DNA from: Pseudomonadota bacterium
Lineage (GTDB): Bacteria; Pseudomonadota; Gammaproteobacteria; Burkholderiales; Burkholderiaceae_C
Length of the DNA stretch: 64,000 bases
Direction: 5' to 3'
NCBI GenBank assembly: GCA_041164825.1
Contig: JBEAOO010000002.1
Coordinates: 7,082 to 71,081 of the forward strand
Shown here: piece after piece, positions 52,173 through 62,693 of the stretch
Layout: every line of letters starts with the position of its first letter
Numbering within the stretch: the first letter of the stretch is position 1
Position numbers and translations under genes: made by a program
Notes under the pieces: generated by a model
Database searches by the model: none
The model's input: only the letters and a program-made list of their open reading frames with translations
What the model was told of the DNA's origin: nothing

Positions 52173-53096
52173 ATGGACACCTTTATTCAACAGATCATCA
52201 ATGGTCTGGTGCTCGGCAGCATGTATGCGCTGGTGGCACTGGGCTACACGATGGTCTACGGCATCATCAACCTCATCAACTTCGCCCACGGCGAGGTGCT
52301 GATGGTGGGCGCCTTGGTGAGTTGGACCGTGGTGTCGGCCTTGGCCGGCTCTGGCTTGCCGGGTTGGGCGCTGATGCTGATCTCCCTGATCGCGGCCATC
52401 GTCGTGTGCTCGGCGCTCAACTTCGCCATCGAGAAGATCGCCTACCGCCCATTGCGCACCGCACCGCGCCTGGCCCCGCTGATCACCGCCATGGGCATGA
52501 GCTTGCTGCTGCAAACCCTGGCCATGATCATCTGGAAGCCGACCATCAAGTCGTACCCGATCTTGTTGCCGAGTGAGCCCATTGAGGTGTTTGGTGCCGT
52601 GATCAACACGGTGCAAATCTTGATTCTGGTGATTACCGCGCTGACCCTGGCCGGCCTGATGTACCTGGTGAACTACACCAAGCTCGGCCGCGCGATGCGT
52701 GCAACGGCTGAGAACCCCCGCGTGGCCAGCCTGATGGGCGTGAAGCCCGACCTGGTGATCTCGGCCACCTTCGTCATTGGCGCCGCGCTGGCCGCTTTGG
52801 CGGGCGTGATGTGGGCCGCCAACTACGGCTCGGCCTCGCACACCATGGGCTTCTTGCCGGGCCTCAAGGCCTTCACGGCGGCGGTTTTCGGTGGCATTGG
52901 CAACCTGGGTGGCGCGATGGTGGGCGGCGTGTTGCTGGGCCTGATTGAAGCGCTGGGGGCGGGCTACATCGGCCAGTTGACCGGCGGCGTGCTGGGCAGC
53001 AACTACCAAGACATTTTTGCCTTCATCGTGCTGATTCTCGTGCTGACCCTGCGCCCCTCGGGCTTGCTGGGCGAGCGCGTGGCCGACCGCGCTTGA
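52173..53096 (+). CDS. livH: Branched-chain amino acid (HAAT-family) ABC transporter permease LivH
   Basis: ATG 52173 after ggagag. MDTFIQQIINGLVLGSMYALVALGYTMVYGIINLINFAHGE. Confidence 0.92.
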   Translation: MDTFIQQIINGLVLGSMYALVALGYTMVYGIINLINFAHGEVLMVGALVSWTVVSALAGSGLPGWALMLISLIAAIVVCSALNFAIEKIAYRPLRTAPRLAPLITAMGMSLLLQTLAMIIWKPTIKSYPILLPSEPIEVFGAVINTVQILILVITALTLAGLMYLVNYTKLGRAMRATAENPRVASLMGVKPDLVISATFVIGAALAALAGVMWAANYGSASHTMGFLPGLKAFTAAVFGGIGNLGGAMVGGVLLGLIEALGAGYIGQLTGGVLGSNYQDIFAFIVLILVLTLRPSGLLGERVADRA

Positions 53097-53109
53097 GGAG
53101 CTGAACACC

Positions 53110-54191
53110 ATGAAGAACAACAAATTCACTTACGTGATCTTCGCCATCGGCCTGCTGCTGTTGCCCATGTTCGCGGCCCAGTTTGGCAACGCCTGGGTGC
53201 GCATCATCGACATCGCGCTGCTCTATGTGCTGCTGGCGCTGGGCTTGAACGTGGTGGTGGGCTATGCCGGTCTGCTCGACCTGGGTTACGTCGCCTTCTA
53301 CGCGGTGGGCTCCTACCTGTTTGGCCTGTTGGCCAGCGGGCACCTCACGTCCACCTTCCCGGCCATCGCGGCCATGTTCCCGGAGGGCTTGCACGCGCCG
53401 ATCTGGCTCGTCATCCCGCTGGGTGCCGCCGTGGCCGGCTTGGCGGGCGTGATGCTGGGTGCGCCCACCTTGCGTTTGCGCGGCGACTACCTCGCCATCG
53501 TCACGCTGGGTTTCGGTGAAATCATCCGCGTGTTCCTCAACAACCTGGACCAACCGGTCAACATCACCAACGGTCCCAAAGGCATCGGCCCCATCGACTC
53601 GATGAAGCTGTTTGGCTACGACTTCGGTCAGAAACACACCATCTTGGGCGTTGAGATCCCCACCGTCACCAACTACTACTACCTGTTTTTGGCGCTGGTG
53701 ATCGCCAGCGTGGTGATCTGCTACCGCCTGGAGCGCAGCCGCATCGGCCGCGCCTGGATGGCCATCCGCGAAGACGAGATCGCCGCCAAGGCCATGGGCA
53801 TCAACACCCGCAACATGAAGCTGCTGGCCTTCGGCATGGGTGCCAGCTTTGGCGGTGTGGCCGGCGTGATGTTCTCCACCTACCAATCGTTCGTCACCCC
53901 GGAGGCCTTCAGCCTGCAAGAGTCGGTGATGATCGTGGCGATGGTGGTGCTGGGCGGCATTGGCCACATCCCGGGCGTGATCGTGGGCGCGGTGCTGCTC
54001 GCCGCCTTGCCCGAGGTGCTGCGTTACGTGGCCGGTCCGCTGCAACAGCTCACCGATGGCCGCCTCGATGCGTCCATCCTGCGCCAACTGCTGATCGCCC
54101 TGGCCATGATCGTCGTGATGCTGCTGCGCCCGCGCGGCCTGTGGCCCTCGCCGGAGCACGGCAAGGCCGCCCCCAAGCCCGTCAGCCCCCA

Positions 54192-54195
<4 letters not shown>
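53110..54195 (+). CDS. livM: Branched-chain amino acid ABC transporter permease LivM
   Basis: 361 aa. LNVVVGYAGLLDLGYVAFYAVGSY, multi-TM. Confidence 0.92.
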
Positions 54196-54986
<791 letters not shown>

Positions 54987-55014
54987 GCCGCCCCCGCACC
55001 CCCGAAAGAAGCAC

Positions 55015-55731
55015 ATGGCAAACAACACATTGCTCAAGGTCAGCGGCCTGAAGGTCGCTTACGGCGGCATCCAGGCCGTCAAGGGCGTCAGCTTTGAAGT
55101 CCGCGAAGGCGAGCTGGTCAGCCTGATCGGTGCCAACGGCGCCGGCAAGACCACCACCTTGAAGGCCGTCACCGGCCTGCTGGCACCCGCTGCTGGCGAC
55201 ATCGAGTACCTCGGCAAGTCCATCAAGGGCCAAGGCCCCTGGGACCTGGTGAAACAAGGCCTGGTGATGGTGCCCGAAGGTCGTGGCACCTTCACCCGCA
55301 TGACCATCACCGAAAACCTGCAGATGGGCGCCTTCATCCGCAACGATTCGGAGATCGAGGCCGACATCGACAAGGTGTTCGCCATCTTCCCGCGCCTCAA
55401 GGAACGCCGCGCCCAGTTGGCCGGCACCATGAGCGGCGGCGAGCAGCAGATGCTGGCCATGGGCCGCGCGCTGATGGCGCGCCCCAAGGTGCTGCTGCTC
55501 GACGAGCCGTCGATGGGCCTGTCGCCCATCATGGTCGACAAGATCTTCGAGGTCATCGCCGACATCCACAGCCGTGGCACCACCATCTTGCTGGTGGAGC
55601 AAAACGCCAGCCGCGCGCTCGGCCTGGCCAACCGCGGCTACGTGATGGACTCCGGCGAAGTGACGATGACGGGCGACGCCAAGGCGCTGCTCAACGACCC
55701 GAAAGTGCGCGCCGCCTATCTGGGCGAGTGA
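55015..55731 (+). CDS. livF: Branched-chain amino acid ABC transporter ATP-binding protein LivF
   Basis: GANGAGKTT, MSGGEQQMLAMGRAL, LLLDEPSMGL. Confidence 0.93.
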   Translation: MANNTLLKVSGLKVAYGGIQAVKGVSFEVREGELVSLIGANGAGKTTTLKAVTGLLAPAAGDIEYLGKSIKGQGPWDLVKQGLVMVPEGRGTFTRMTITENLQMGAFIRNDSEIEADIDKVFAIFPRLKERRAQLAGTMSGGEQQMLAMGRALMARPKVLLLDEPSMGLSPIMVDKIFEVIADIHSRGTTILLVEQNASRALGLANRGYVMDSGEVTMTGDAKALLNDPKVRAAYLGE

Positions 55732-55786
55732 GGGCGCGGCCGCGAGGCGCAGCGCGAGCTCGTGCGGGCTCAGGCCTGTGAAAAAG

Positions 55787-55811
55787 GCGATCCTTCGAGG
55801 TCGCTTTTTTT
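55787..55811 (+). terminator. Rho-independent terminator of livHMGF
   Basis: gcgatc-cttcga-ggtcgc (one G-U pair) followed by ttttttt, preceded by aaaaa. Confidence 0.7.
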
Positions 55812-55905
55812 GTTGATGCGGGTGACGTTTTTGGGGGCGGAGCACATTGCCGCCTTTGGCCTGAGGCGTCTTCTCGTTCGAAGGTTCCTCGTCGTCCCCC
55901 GGTCG

Positions 55906-56095
55906 CTGCACACACCGCGGCATGCGTCGTCGTGGCCTGCCACGACTGGTTCAGGGAGCGCTGTGCCGCAATCGCTTTGCGCAGGGGGGGGGGCGGCCGC
56001 AGGCCGGCGGAGGACGCGGTGCAAAGCGAATGCGGCACGGCGCTTCTCGCGCACCAGCCTCAGCATGAGGTTTGCCTCCATGCCGAGAACCGAAC
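55906..56095 (+). repeat. Dispersed ~190-bp intergenic repeat, copy 2 (contains G10 tract)
   Basis: Direct-orientation match to 21002-21187. Conserved hairpin arms at 55965-55979 / 56022-56036. Homopolymer G10 at 55984-55993. Confidence 0.75.
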
Positions 56096-56138
56096 TTCCC
56101 GGCCATGGAGAACTTGTGCGTTGGCGCGCCAGCCCGTG

Positions 56139-57191
56139 TCAGACCTTGGCCCGGTCGGCTTCGCTCACAAACGAGTCCGCAAAGAAGGCATCCGCTGGCA
56201 GCGCGCACTGCGCCACGAAGTCGCGCTGGGCCGATTCGACGACGATCGGCGCGCCGCAGGCATACACCTCGTGGCCGCTCAGGTCGGGCAGGTCGGCCAT
56301 CACGGCGTGGTGGACAAAGCCGGTGCGGCCAGCCCACGCATCGGCCGTCAGCGGCTCGCTCAACACGGGCACATAACTCAGCCACGGCAGGCGCGCCGCG
56401 GCGGCTTCGCACCAATCGTGCAGGTACAGATCGGCCCGCGCACGCGCGCCCCAGTACAGCACCGTGGGGCGACTGATGCCTTTGTGTTCCATGTGTTCGA
56501 TCAGCGCCTTCAGCGGCGCCAGGCCGGTGCCGCTGCCGAGCATGACGATCGGGCGTTCGGTGTCGGTGCGCAAGAAGAAGCTGCCAAACGGGCCTTCGAT
56601 GCGCAGGATGTCGCGCTCCTTCATGGTGCCAAACACGGTGTCGGTGAACAGCCCGCCGGGCATGTGGCGCAGGTGCAGCTCGATCCCGGGTTGGCCGGTG
56701 CCCAGCACCTCGGACACGCGGTGCGGCGCGTTGGCCATCGAGTAGCTGCGGCGGGCACCGTCGCGCAAGATGAACTCCACATACTGGCCCGCGTGGTACT
56801 GCATCGTGTCGTTGGCCGGCAGTTGCAGCAGCAGGCGCATCACATCGGGCGCCAAGCGCTCCAGTTGGGCCACGCGCGCGGGCATTTTGCGCACGGTGAA
56901 CTCGCCGGCCCCGGCCACCGTGCGGGCTTCGATCACCACATCGGTTTGCGCGCTGGCGCAGCAGGTGAGGGTCCAGCCCGCGGCTTCTTCTTCAGCGCTC
57001 AGGGCCTTGGTTTGGTGGGCGCCGTGAATCACCCGGCCTTCGAGCAGCTTGCATTTGCAGGAGCTGCAGGCGCCGTCTTTGCAGCCATAGGGCAGGCCAA
57101 TGCCTTGTCGGATGGCAGCCGACAAAATGGGCTCATCGCGGTCGACCACAAAACTGCGGCCACTGGGCTGAACGGTGACGGTGAAGGACAT
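56139..57191 (-). CDS. 2Fe-2S ferredoxin / FAD / NAD(P)H oxidoreductase (AscD-like, CDP-6-deoxy-delta-3,4-glucoseen reductase family)
   Basis: CKDGACSSCKC…C plant-type ferredoxin cluster, RRSYSMA FAD motif, GSGTGLAP NAD motif. Confidence 0.85.
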   Translation of the reverse strand: MSFTVTVQPSGRSFVVDRDEPILSAAIRQGIGLPYGCKDGACSSCKCKLLEGRVIHGAHQTKALSAEEEAAGWTLTCCASAQTDVVIEARTVAGAGEFTVRKMPARVAQLERLAPDVMRLLLQLPANDTMQYHAGQYVEFILRDGARRSYSMANAPHRVSEVLGTGQPGIELHLRHMPGGLFTDTVFGTMKERDILRIEGPFGSFFLRTDTERPIVMLGSGTGLAPLKALIEHMEHKGISRPTVLYWGARARADLYLHDWCEAAAARLPWLSYVPVLSEPLTADAWAGRTGFVHHAVMADLPDLSGHEVYACGAPIVVESAQRDFVAQCALPADAFFADSFVSEADRAKV

Positions 57192-57278
57192 GGCGGGCGT
57201 GAGGGCTCGTAAACTGAGCCGCGATTTTGCCCGCTTGGCTCTGCTCGCGGCCGTCGTTTCTCAAGCCACGTCTTTCAC

Positions 57279-58175
57279 ATGCGCCACTTGCCTCGACTTT
57301 TTCGCCAACCCCGCCTGTTGATCGTGGGTTGCGGGGACGTGGGCCTGCGCGTGGCGCGGCTGCTGCGGGGGCGCTGGACGGTGAGCGCCCTCAGCGCCAG
57401 CCCCGAGCGTTGGCCACTGTTGCGCGCGGCTGGTGTGCGGCCTGTGCTCGGCAACCTGGACGACGCGGCCTCCTCGCTGGCCCGCATCGCTTCCTTGGCC
57501 GATGTGGTGCTGCATTTGGCGCCGCCGCCGGGGCAGGGCGAGGGCGACCCGCGCACCGCCCACCTGCTCGCTGCCTTGGCCCGTGGCGGGCGGGTGCGGC
57601 GCCTTGTTTATGGCAGCACCACGGGCGTGTATGGCGATTGCCAAGGTGCTTGGGTGGACGAGGTGCGTGCGGTGAACCCCGGCACCCCGCGTGGCCGCCG
57701 CAGGGTGGATGCCGAAGCGCAACTGCGCGCCTTGGGCCGCCGCAGTGGCGCGTGCGTGAGCGTGCTGCGCATTCCCGGCATTTACGCCGGCGACCGCCCC
57801 GGCGGCCACCCGCGTGAGCGGCTGGCGCGCGGCGCACCTGTGCTGCGCGCCACCGACGATGTGCACACCAACCACATCCACGCCGACGACCTCGCGCGCG
57901 CTTGCGTGGCGGCGCTCTACCGCGGCCGGCCGCAGCGGGTGGTGAATGTGTGCGACCACACCCAACTGCCCATGGGCGACTATTTCGATCTGGCGGCCGA
58001 CCTGTGCGGCCTGCCGCGCCCGCCGCGCATCAGCCGGGCCGAGGCGCAAGTGCAGATGTCACCGATGCAGCTCAGCTTCATGAGCGAATCGCGCCGCATG
58101 CGCAACCAGCGATTGACGCAGGAGCTGAAGTTGCGCCTGCGTTACCCCACGGTGCACGAGGGCCTGCTGGCCTGA
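57279..58175 (+). CDS. NAD(P)-binding Rossmann-fold protein (SDR / NAD-dependent epimerase-like)
   Basis: LLIVGCGDVGLRVA Rossmann motif, YGSTTGVYG, IPGIY segments. Confidence 0.7.
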   Translation: MRHLPRLFRQPRLLIVGCGDVGLRVARLLRGRWTVSALSASPERWPLLRAAGVRPVLGNLDDAASSLARIASLADVVLHLAPPPGQGEGDPRTAHLLAALARGGRVRRLVYGSTTGVYGDCQGAWVDEVRAVNPGTPRGRRRVDAEAQLRALGRRSGACVSVLRIPGIYAGDRPGGHPRERLARGAPVLRATDDVHTNHIHADDLARACVAALYRGRPQRVVNVCDHTQLPMGDYFDLAADLCGLPRPPRISRAEAQVQMSPMQLSFMSESRRMRNQRLTQELKLRLRYPTVHEGLLA

Positions 58176-58190
58176 TGCCGGCTCGCTCGC

Positions 58191-58781
58191 TCAGCGCCGC
58201 CCAAACGGCGGCTGGCCGCGCCAGTAGCGAATCATCAAGTAGCCGCCCAACATGCCGCCCAGGTGCGCAAAGTGGGCCACGCCTGCGCTGGTGCCGGTGA
58301 CGCCGGTGTAGAGCTCGATGCCGCCGTAAACCATCACAAAGGTTTTGGCCTTCATGGGGATGGGCGGGAACAGCGGCACGATGATGCGGTTGGGGAACAT
58401 CATGCCAAACGCCATCAGCAGGCCAAACAACCCGCCAGACGCGCCGATGGTGGGGTAGACCGAACCCGTGAGGCTGGTGACCAGCAATTGCGCCAAAGCG
58501 GCCGTGACGACGCTGGCGAAGTAGAAATGCAGGTAGCGCTTGGGGCCCCACATGCGCTCCAGCTCCGAGCCAAACATCCACAGGCCCATCATGTTGAACA
58601 GGATGTGGAAGAAGTCGCCGTGCAAAAAGGCATAGCTGACGATTTGCCAGGGGAAAAAGCCCTCGCCCACCGGCCACAAGGCCAGCAGGTTGGTGAACCA
58701 CGGCCCCAGGAAGCTCTCGATGCAGAAGGCTGCGACATTGATCAGCAGCAGGGCCTGGGTGATGGGTGGCAACGGGGGCAT
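58191..58781 (-). CDS. Rhomboid-family intramembrane serine protease
   Basis: ATG 58779-58781. HILFNMMGLWMFG, catalytic GASGGLFG and HFAHLGG. 6 TM. Confidence 0.88.
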   Translation of the reverse strand: MPPLPPITQALLLINVAAFCIESFLGPWFTNLLALWPVGEGFFPWQIVSYAFLHGDFFHILFNMMGLWMFGSELERMWGPKRYLHFYFASVVTAALAQLLVTSLTGSVYPTIGASGGLFGLLMAFGMMFPNRIIVPLFPPIPMKAKTFVMVYGGIELYTGVTGTSAGVAHFAHLGGMLGGYLMIRYWRGQPPFGRR

Positions 58782-58893
58782 GCGGTGTCCTGAAATTCCA
58801 GGCGCTGAGCGTACCCGCAAAGTTGCGATGGGCCGGTGACGGTCTCGCTGAAAGCCCTGCGCGGTCGTGGCATACTTGCGTCCTTCTCACCGT

Positions 58894-58978
58894 GCCTCGG
58901 TGGCGAAATTGGTAGACGCGTCGGACTCAAAATCCGAAGCCGAAAGGCGTGCCGGTTCGATTCCGGCCCGAGGCACCA
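58894..58978 (+). tRNA. tRNA-Leu (anticodon CAA), CCA encoded
   Basis: Acceptor stem gcctcgg/ccgaggc, anticodon stem tcgga/tccga with loop ctCAAaa, long variable arm gccgaaaggc, T arm gccgg-ttcgatt-ccggc, discriminator A + CCA. Confidence 0.93.
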
Positions 58979-59282
58979 CCCCCCCCAGATTCCTGCACCA
59001 CTGCGCCACGCGGACTTCACCCAGTCTCGCCGGCGCAGCCGCTGCGTTGTCGCTCAACGCGGCCGCTGTTGAATGGCCGTGCGCTGCTCGGCCTCTGCCC
59101 GCAGGCCGCGTACACCGCACCGCACGCGCGCGCGCCGCACTCAGCCGGCGCTCCGCCTCAGCCGCCATCGCCCGTCGCGCCCAGCGCCATCAATCGCCGC
59201 TATCCGGTCAGAGGAAAGGCGTCTTTCACCCCCAAGGGTCCGGCACGTAAGGTCCACGACTGTCCCATTCAAGGAGCAGTCC

Positions 59283-60491
59283 GTGAGCGTTCAAATCGCC
59301 GCGCGCATGAAGCGCATCAAGCCCTCGCCGAGCAGTTCGGCCACCGACCGCCTGGCCCAATTGCGTCGCGAGGGCCGTGACATCGTCAGCCTGCTCGTGG
59401 GCGAGCCCGACTTCGACACACCGGCGCACATCCGCCGCGCCGCCGTCGATGCGATCGAGCAGGGGCAGACCCGTTATACCCAGACCGCCGGCACGCTCGC
59501 GCTGCGCCAGGCCATCGTCGCCAAGCTCGACAAAGAGAATGGCCTGGGCTACCAGCCCGAGCAGGTGATCGTCACCGTGGGCGCCAAGCACGCCATCTTC
59601 AACGCCTTGTCGGTCAGCGTGGAAGCGGGCAACGAGGTGATCATCCCGGCGCCGTACTGGGTCTCGTACCCCGACATGGTGCTGGCCTGTGACGGCGAGC
59701 CCGTGATCGTGCCGTGCGAGGAGGCCGACGGCTTCTTGCTCACCCCCGAGGCGCTCGAAGCCGCCATCACGCCGGCCACCCGCTGGTTGGTCCTCAACTC
59801 GCCCAGTAACCCCACCGGTGCGGCCTATGACGCGGCCCGCTTGCGCGCACTGGCCGAGGTCTTGCTACGTCATCCACACGTGATGGTACTGACCGATGAC
59901 ATTTACGAGCACATCCGATTTGGCGCCAGCGACAACCCGCACATCGCTGCGGTGGAGCCGGCGCTGCTCGACCGCACGCTGGTGGTCAACGGCGTCTCGA
60001 AGACCTATGCGATGACGGGTTGGCGCATCGGTTATGCCGCGGGCCCGGCCGCACTGATCGCCGCCATGGACATGCTGCAGTCGCAGTCCACCAGCTGCGC
60101 CTCGTCGGTCAGCCAGGCCGCTGCCTTGGCCGCGCTGCGTGCCGACATGGACTTCCTGCCCGAGTGGGTGGCCACCTACCAAGCGCGTCGCGACCGCGCC
60201 GTGCAGTTGCTCAATGCGCTGCCGGGCCTGCGCTGCAGCGCCCCCGAGGGGGCGTTCTACCTGTATGTGCATTGCGGCGGGCTGATCGGCCGCCGCGGCG
60301 CAGCAGGGCAGGTGCTGCACACCGACCTCGATGTGGCGCTGTACTTCTTGGAGTCGGCTGGCGTGGCGGTTCTCGCCGGCACGTCGTATGGCCTGTCGCC
60401 CTATTTCCGCATCTCAATTGCCACCGGCATCGAGGTGATCGACGAGGCCTGCCGGCGCCTGGCTGTGGCCATCGCCCAGCTCACACCGTGA
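59283..60491 (+). CDS. Pyridoxal-phosphate-dependent aminotransferase, class I (aspartate/aromatic aminotransferase-like)
   Basis: GTG 59283 after aaggag (ATG 59307 alternative). GEPDFDTP, NSPSNPTG, PLP-lysine SKTYAMTGWRIGY. Confidence 0.88.
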   Translation: MSVQIAARMKRIKPSPSSSATDRLAQLRREGRDIVSLLVGEPDFDTPAHIRRAAVDAIEQGQTRYTQTAGTLALRQAIVAKLDKENGLGYQPEQVIVTVGAKHAIFNALSVSVEAGNEVIIPAPYWVSYPDMVLACDGEPVIVPCEEADGFLLTPEALEAAITPATRWLVLNSPSNPTGAAYDAARLRALAEVLLRHPHVMVLTDDIYEHIRFGASDNPHIAAVEPALLDRTLVVNGVSKTYAMTGWRIGYAAGPAALIAAMDMLQSQSTSCASSVSQAAALAALRADMDFLPEWVATYQARRDRAVQLLNALPGLRCSAPEGAFYLYVHCGGLIGRRGAAGQVLHTDLDVALYFLESAGVAVLAGTSYGLSPYFRISIATGIEVIDEACRRLAVAIAQLTP

Positions 60492-60609
60492 GCGCGCGTG
60501 CCAGGTATCAAGAACCTTGATGCCGTGAGCCCGAAGACCTCTTGGTCTTCTTGACGCGTGACTTCTACGATTCATTCAACCCCTTCTTCCCACCCTTGGA
60601 GCTCCCCCG

Positions 60610-61788
60610 ATGACCGCTCGCCACATTGTTCGTCGCACCTTGCTCGGTGCCGCTGGTGCCCTGTTTTGTTTGGCCACCTCGGCCGGTGCCCAGGAGGCCT
60701 ACAAGATCGGCCTGATCAGCCCTTTGAGCGGTGCCAACGCCCGCTACGGCGCGTTCGCCAACAAGGGCGCCAACCTGGCGGCCAAGGAGATCAACGCCGC
60801 CGGTGGGCTGCTGGGCAAGAAGCTCGAACTCGTCAGCGGCGACAGCCAATGTGTGCCGGCCGAAGGGGTATCGGCCGCCAAACGCATGATCAGTTTTGAC
60901 AAGCTGCCGATCGTCATTGGCGACATCTGCAGCTCGGTCACGCTGGCCATTCAACCGCTGGCCGAAGAGGCTGGGGTGTTGCTGGTCAATGCGGCCTCGT
61001 CCAACCCGATGATCACCTACAAGGCCGGTGTGGGGGGCTACAAGTGGACCTTCCGCAACTACCCCACCGATGAAGGCCGCGCCGCCATCGTGCTGGAGCA
61101 CGCGGTGGCGCACCGCAGCCTCAAGACCTTCGCCGTGCTGTCGGTGGACAGCGACTACGGCCGCGGTGCCATCAACTTCACCAAGAAGTACCTGCCGCGT
61201 TACCCCGAGGCCAAGATCCTGAGCGAGGACTACTACAAGGAGTCCGAGACCGACTTCCGCCCGGTGCTCAGCAAGATCCGCAATTCAGGCGCCCAGGCCA
61301 TCGTCATGTATGGCCAGGCCGACACCACGCCGATCGTGGCGCGCCAGATGCTGGAGATGGGCCTGGCTGGCAAGGTGGTGCTGATGGGCAACGGCGAGTT
61401 CAACACCGCCAAAACCATTGCCGCCGCGCCGTCGGTGATGAACGGCTCCATCGAGGCCGCCGCTTGGCTGCCCGAGTGGACGAGCCCGCGCAGCCGCAAG
61501 TTTGTGGAGGACTACAAGAAGGCCTATGCCGGCGAGATGCCCAACAACCACGCCTACACGCACTGGGAAACCACGCACCTGGTGGCCGCGGCCATCAAGG
61601 CCGCCAACAGCCTGAAGCCCGAGGACGTGCGCAACGCGCTGGCCAAGATCAAGTACGACAGCGCCATGGGCCCGGTGACTTTTGACGACCACAACCAGGC
61701 CGTGCTGCCGATGGTGCTGCTGGAGGTGGCCGACGGCAAGCCCGTGATCAAGAACGCGCTGGCGGTCAAGGTCGACTACCCGAAATGA
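60610..61788 (+). CDS. ABC transporter substrate-binding protein, LivK/Peripla_BP_6 family
   Basis: Signal peptide ending SAGAQEA, YKIGLISPLSGANARYG, then the typical type-I periplasmic binding fold pattern. Confidence 0.88.
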   Translation: MTARHIVRRTLLGAAGALFCLATSAGAQEAYKIGLISPLSGANARYGAFANKGANLAAKEINAAGGLLGKKLELVSGDSQCVPAEGVSAAKRMISFDKLPIVIGDICSSVTLAIQPLAEEAGVLLVNAASSNPMITYKAGVGGYKWTFRNYPTDEGRAAIVLEHAVAHRSLKTFAVLSVDSDYGRGAINFTKKYLPRYPEAKILSEDYYKESETDFRPVLSKIRNSGAQAIVMYGQADTTPIVARQMLEMGLAGKVVLMGNGEFNTAKTIAAAPSVMNGSIEAAAWLPEWTSPRSRKFVEDYKKAYAGEMPNNHAYTHWETTHLVAAAIKAANSLKPEDVRNALAKIKYDSAMGPVTFDDHNQAVLPMVLLEVADGKPVIKNALAVKVDYPK

Positions 61789-61812
61789 ACGCCTGAGTTC
61801 CCGAGCAACATC

Positions 61813-62685
61813 ATGGGTAACTTCATCTTCGAGCAAATCGTCAACGGCGTGATCACCGGCTCGATGTATGCGCTGGTGGCCGCGGGCATGACGATGATCT
61901 TCGGCGTGCTGCGGGCCATCAACTTCGCGCACGGCGAGTACTACATGCTCGGCACCTTCGCCGCTTGGCTGCTGATCTCCAAGCTCGACCTGCCCTACGC
62001 CGTGGCCATCATCGGCGGTGTGGCGATCGCGGCCTTGATCTCGGCCGTGATCGGGCGGCTGGTGATGCAGCGCCTGGTGGGTGCGCCGTTTCAGGCCGGC
62101 GTGCTCGCCACCATCGGCATCTCGCTGATCTTGCAGAACACCGTGATCCTCGCCTTTGGCGGCGGCTACAAGGTGTTCGAGGGCGGTTGGCTGGAGCCGG
62201 TGCAAGTGGCCGGCTTCGGCATGGCGCAGCAGCGCGTGGTGCTGGTGGTGGTGGCGCTGGCAGTGTTTGGCGGGCTGGAGTGGATGGTGCGCAAAACGCG
62301 CATGGGCAAGGCCATCCGCGCGGTGTCGCAAAACATCGAGTGCTGCCACGTCAACGGCATCGATGTCGACAAGGTGGTGCGCCGCACCTTCTTGCTCGGC
62401 ACCGCCATCGCCGCGCTGTCCGGCATCCTCACCGCGCCCGTCAACGTCAGCGTCTATGGCGGCATGGGCGAGACCATCACGCTCAAGACCTTCGCGGTCA
62501 TCGTCATGGGCGGCATGGGCAATGTGCGCGGCACGCTCTACGCCGGCCTCTTGCTCGGTGTGGTCGAGGCGCTGGTGGCCGGCCTGGTCGGTCTGCAGTA
62601 CCGCGATTCGGTCGGCTTCGTCGCCTTGTTGCTGATGCTGATGCTGCGTCCCCATGGGCTGTTCAACCAGCGCGCCCGGTTCTGA
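61813..62685 (+). CDS. HAAT-family ABC transporter permease (LivH-like)
   Basis: MGNFIFEQIVNGVITGSMYALVAAGMTMIFGVLRAINFAHGE. Confidence 0.9.
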   Translation: MGNFIFEQIVNGVITGSMYALVAAGMTMIFGVLRAINFAHGEYYMLGTFAAWLLISKLDLPYAVAIIGGVAIAALISAVIGRLVMQRLVGAPFQAGVLATIGISLILQNTVILAFGGGYKVFEGGWLEPVQVAGFGMAQQRVVLVVVALAVFGGLEWMVRKTRMGKAIRAVSQNIECCHVNGIDVDKVVRRTFLLGTAIAALSGILTAPVNVSVYGGMGETITLKTFAVIVMGGMGNVRGTLYAGLLLGVVEALVAGLVGLQYRDSVGFVALLLMLMLRPHGLFNQRARF

Positions 62686-62693
62686 AAGCACAC

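Noticed and set aside
58979-59282. Possible genomic-island insertion site at tRNA-Leu
   Set aside because: No integrase, no direct repeat of the tRNA 3' end seen downstream, and the next gene is an ordinary aminotransferase with matching composition.
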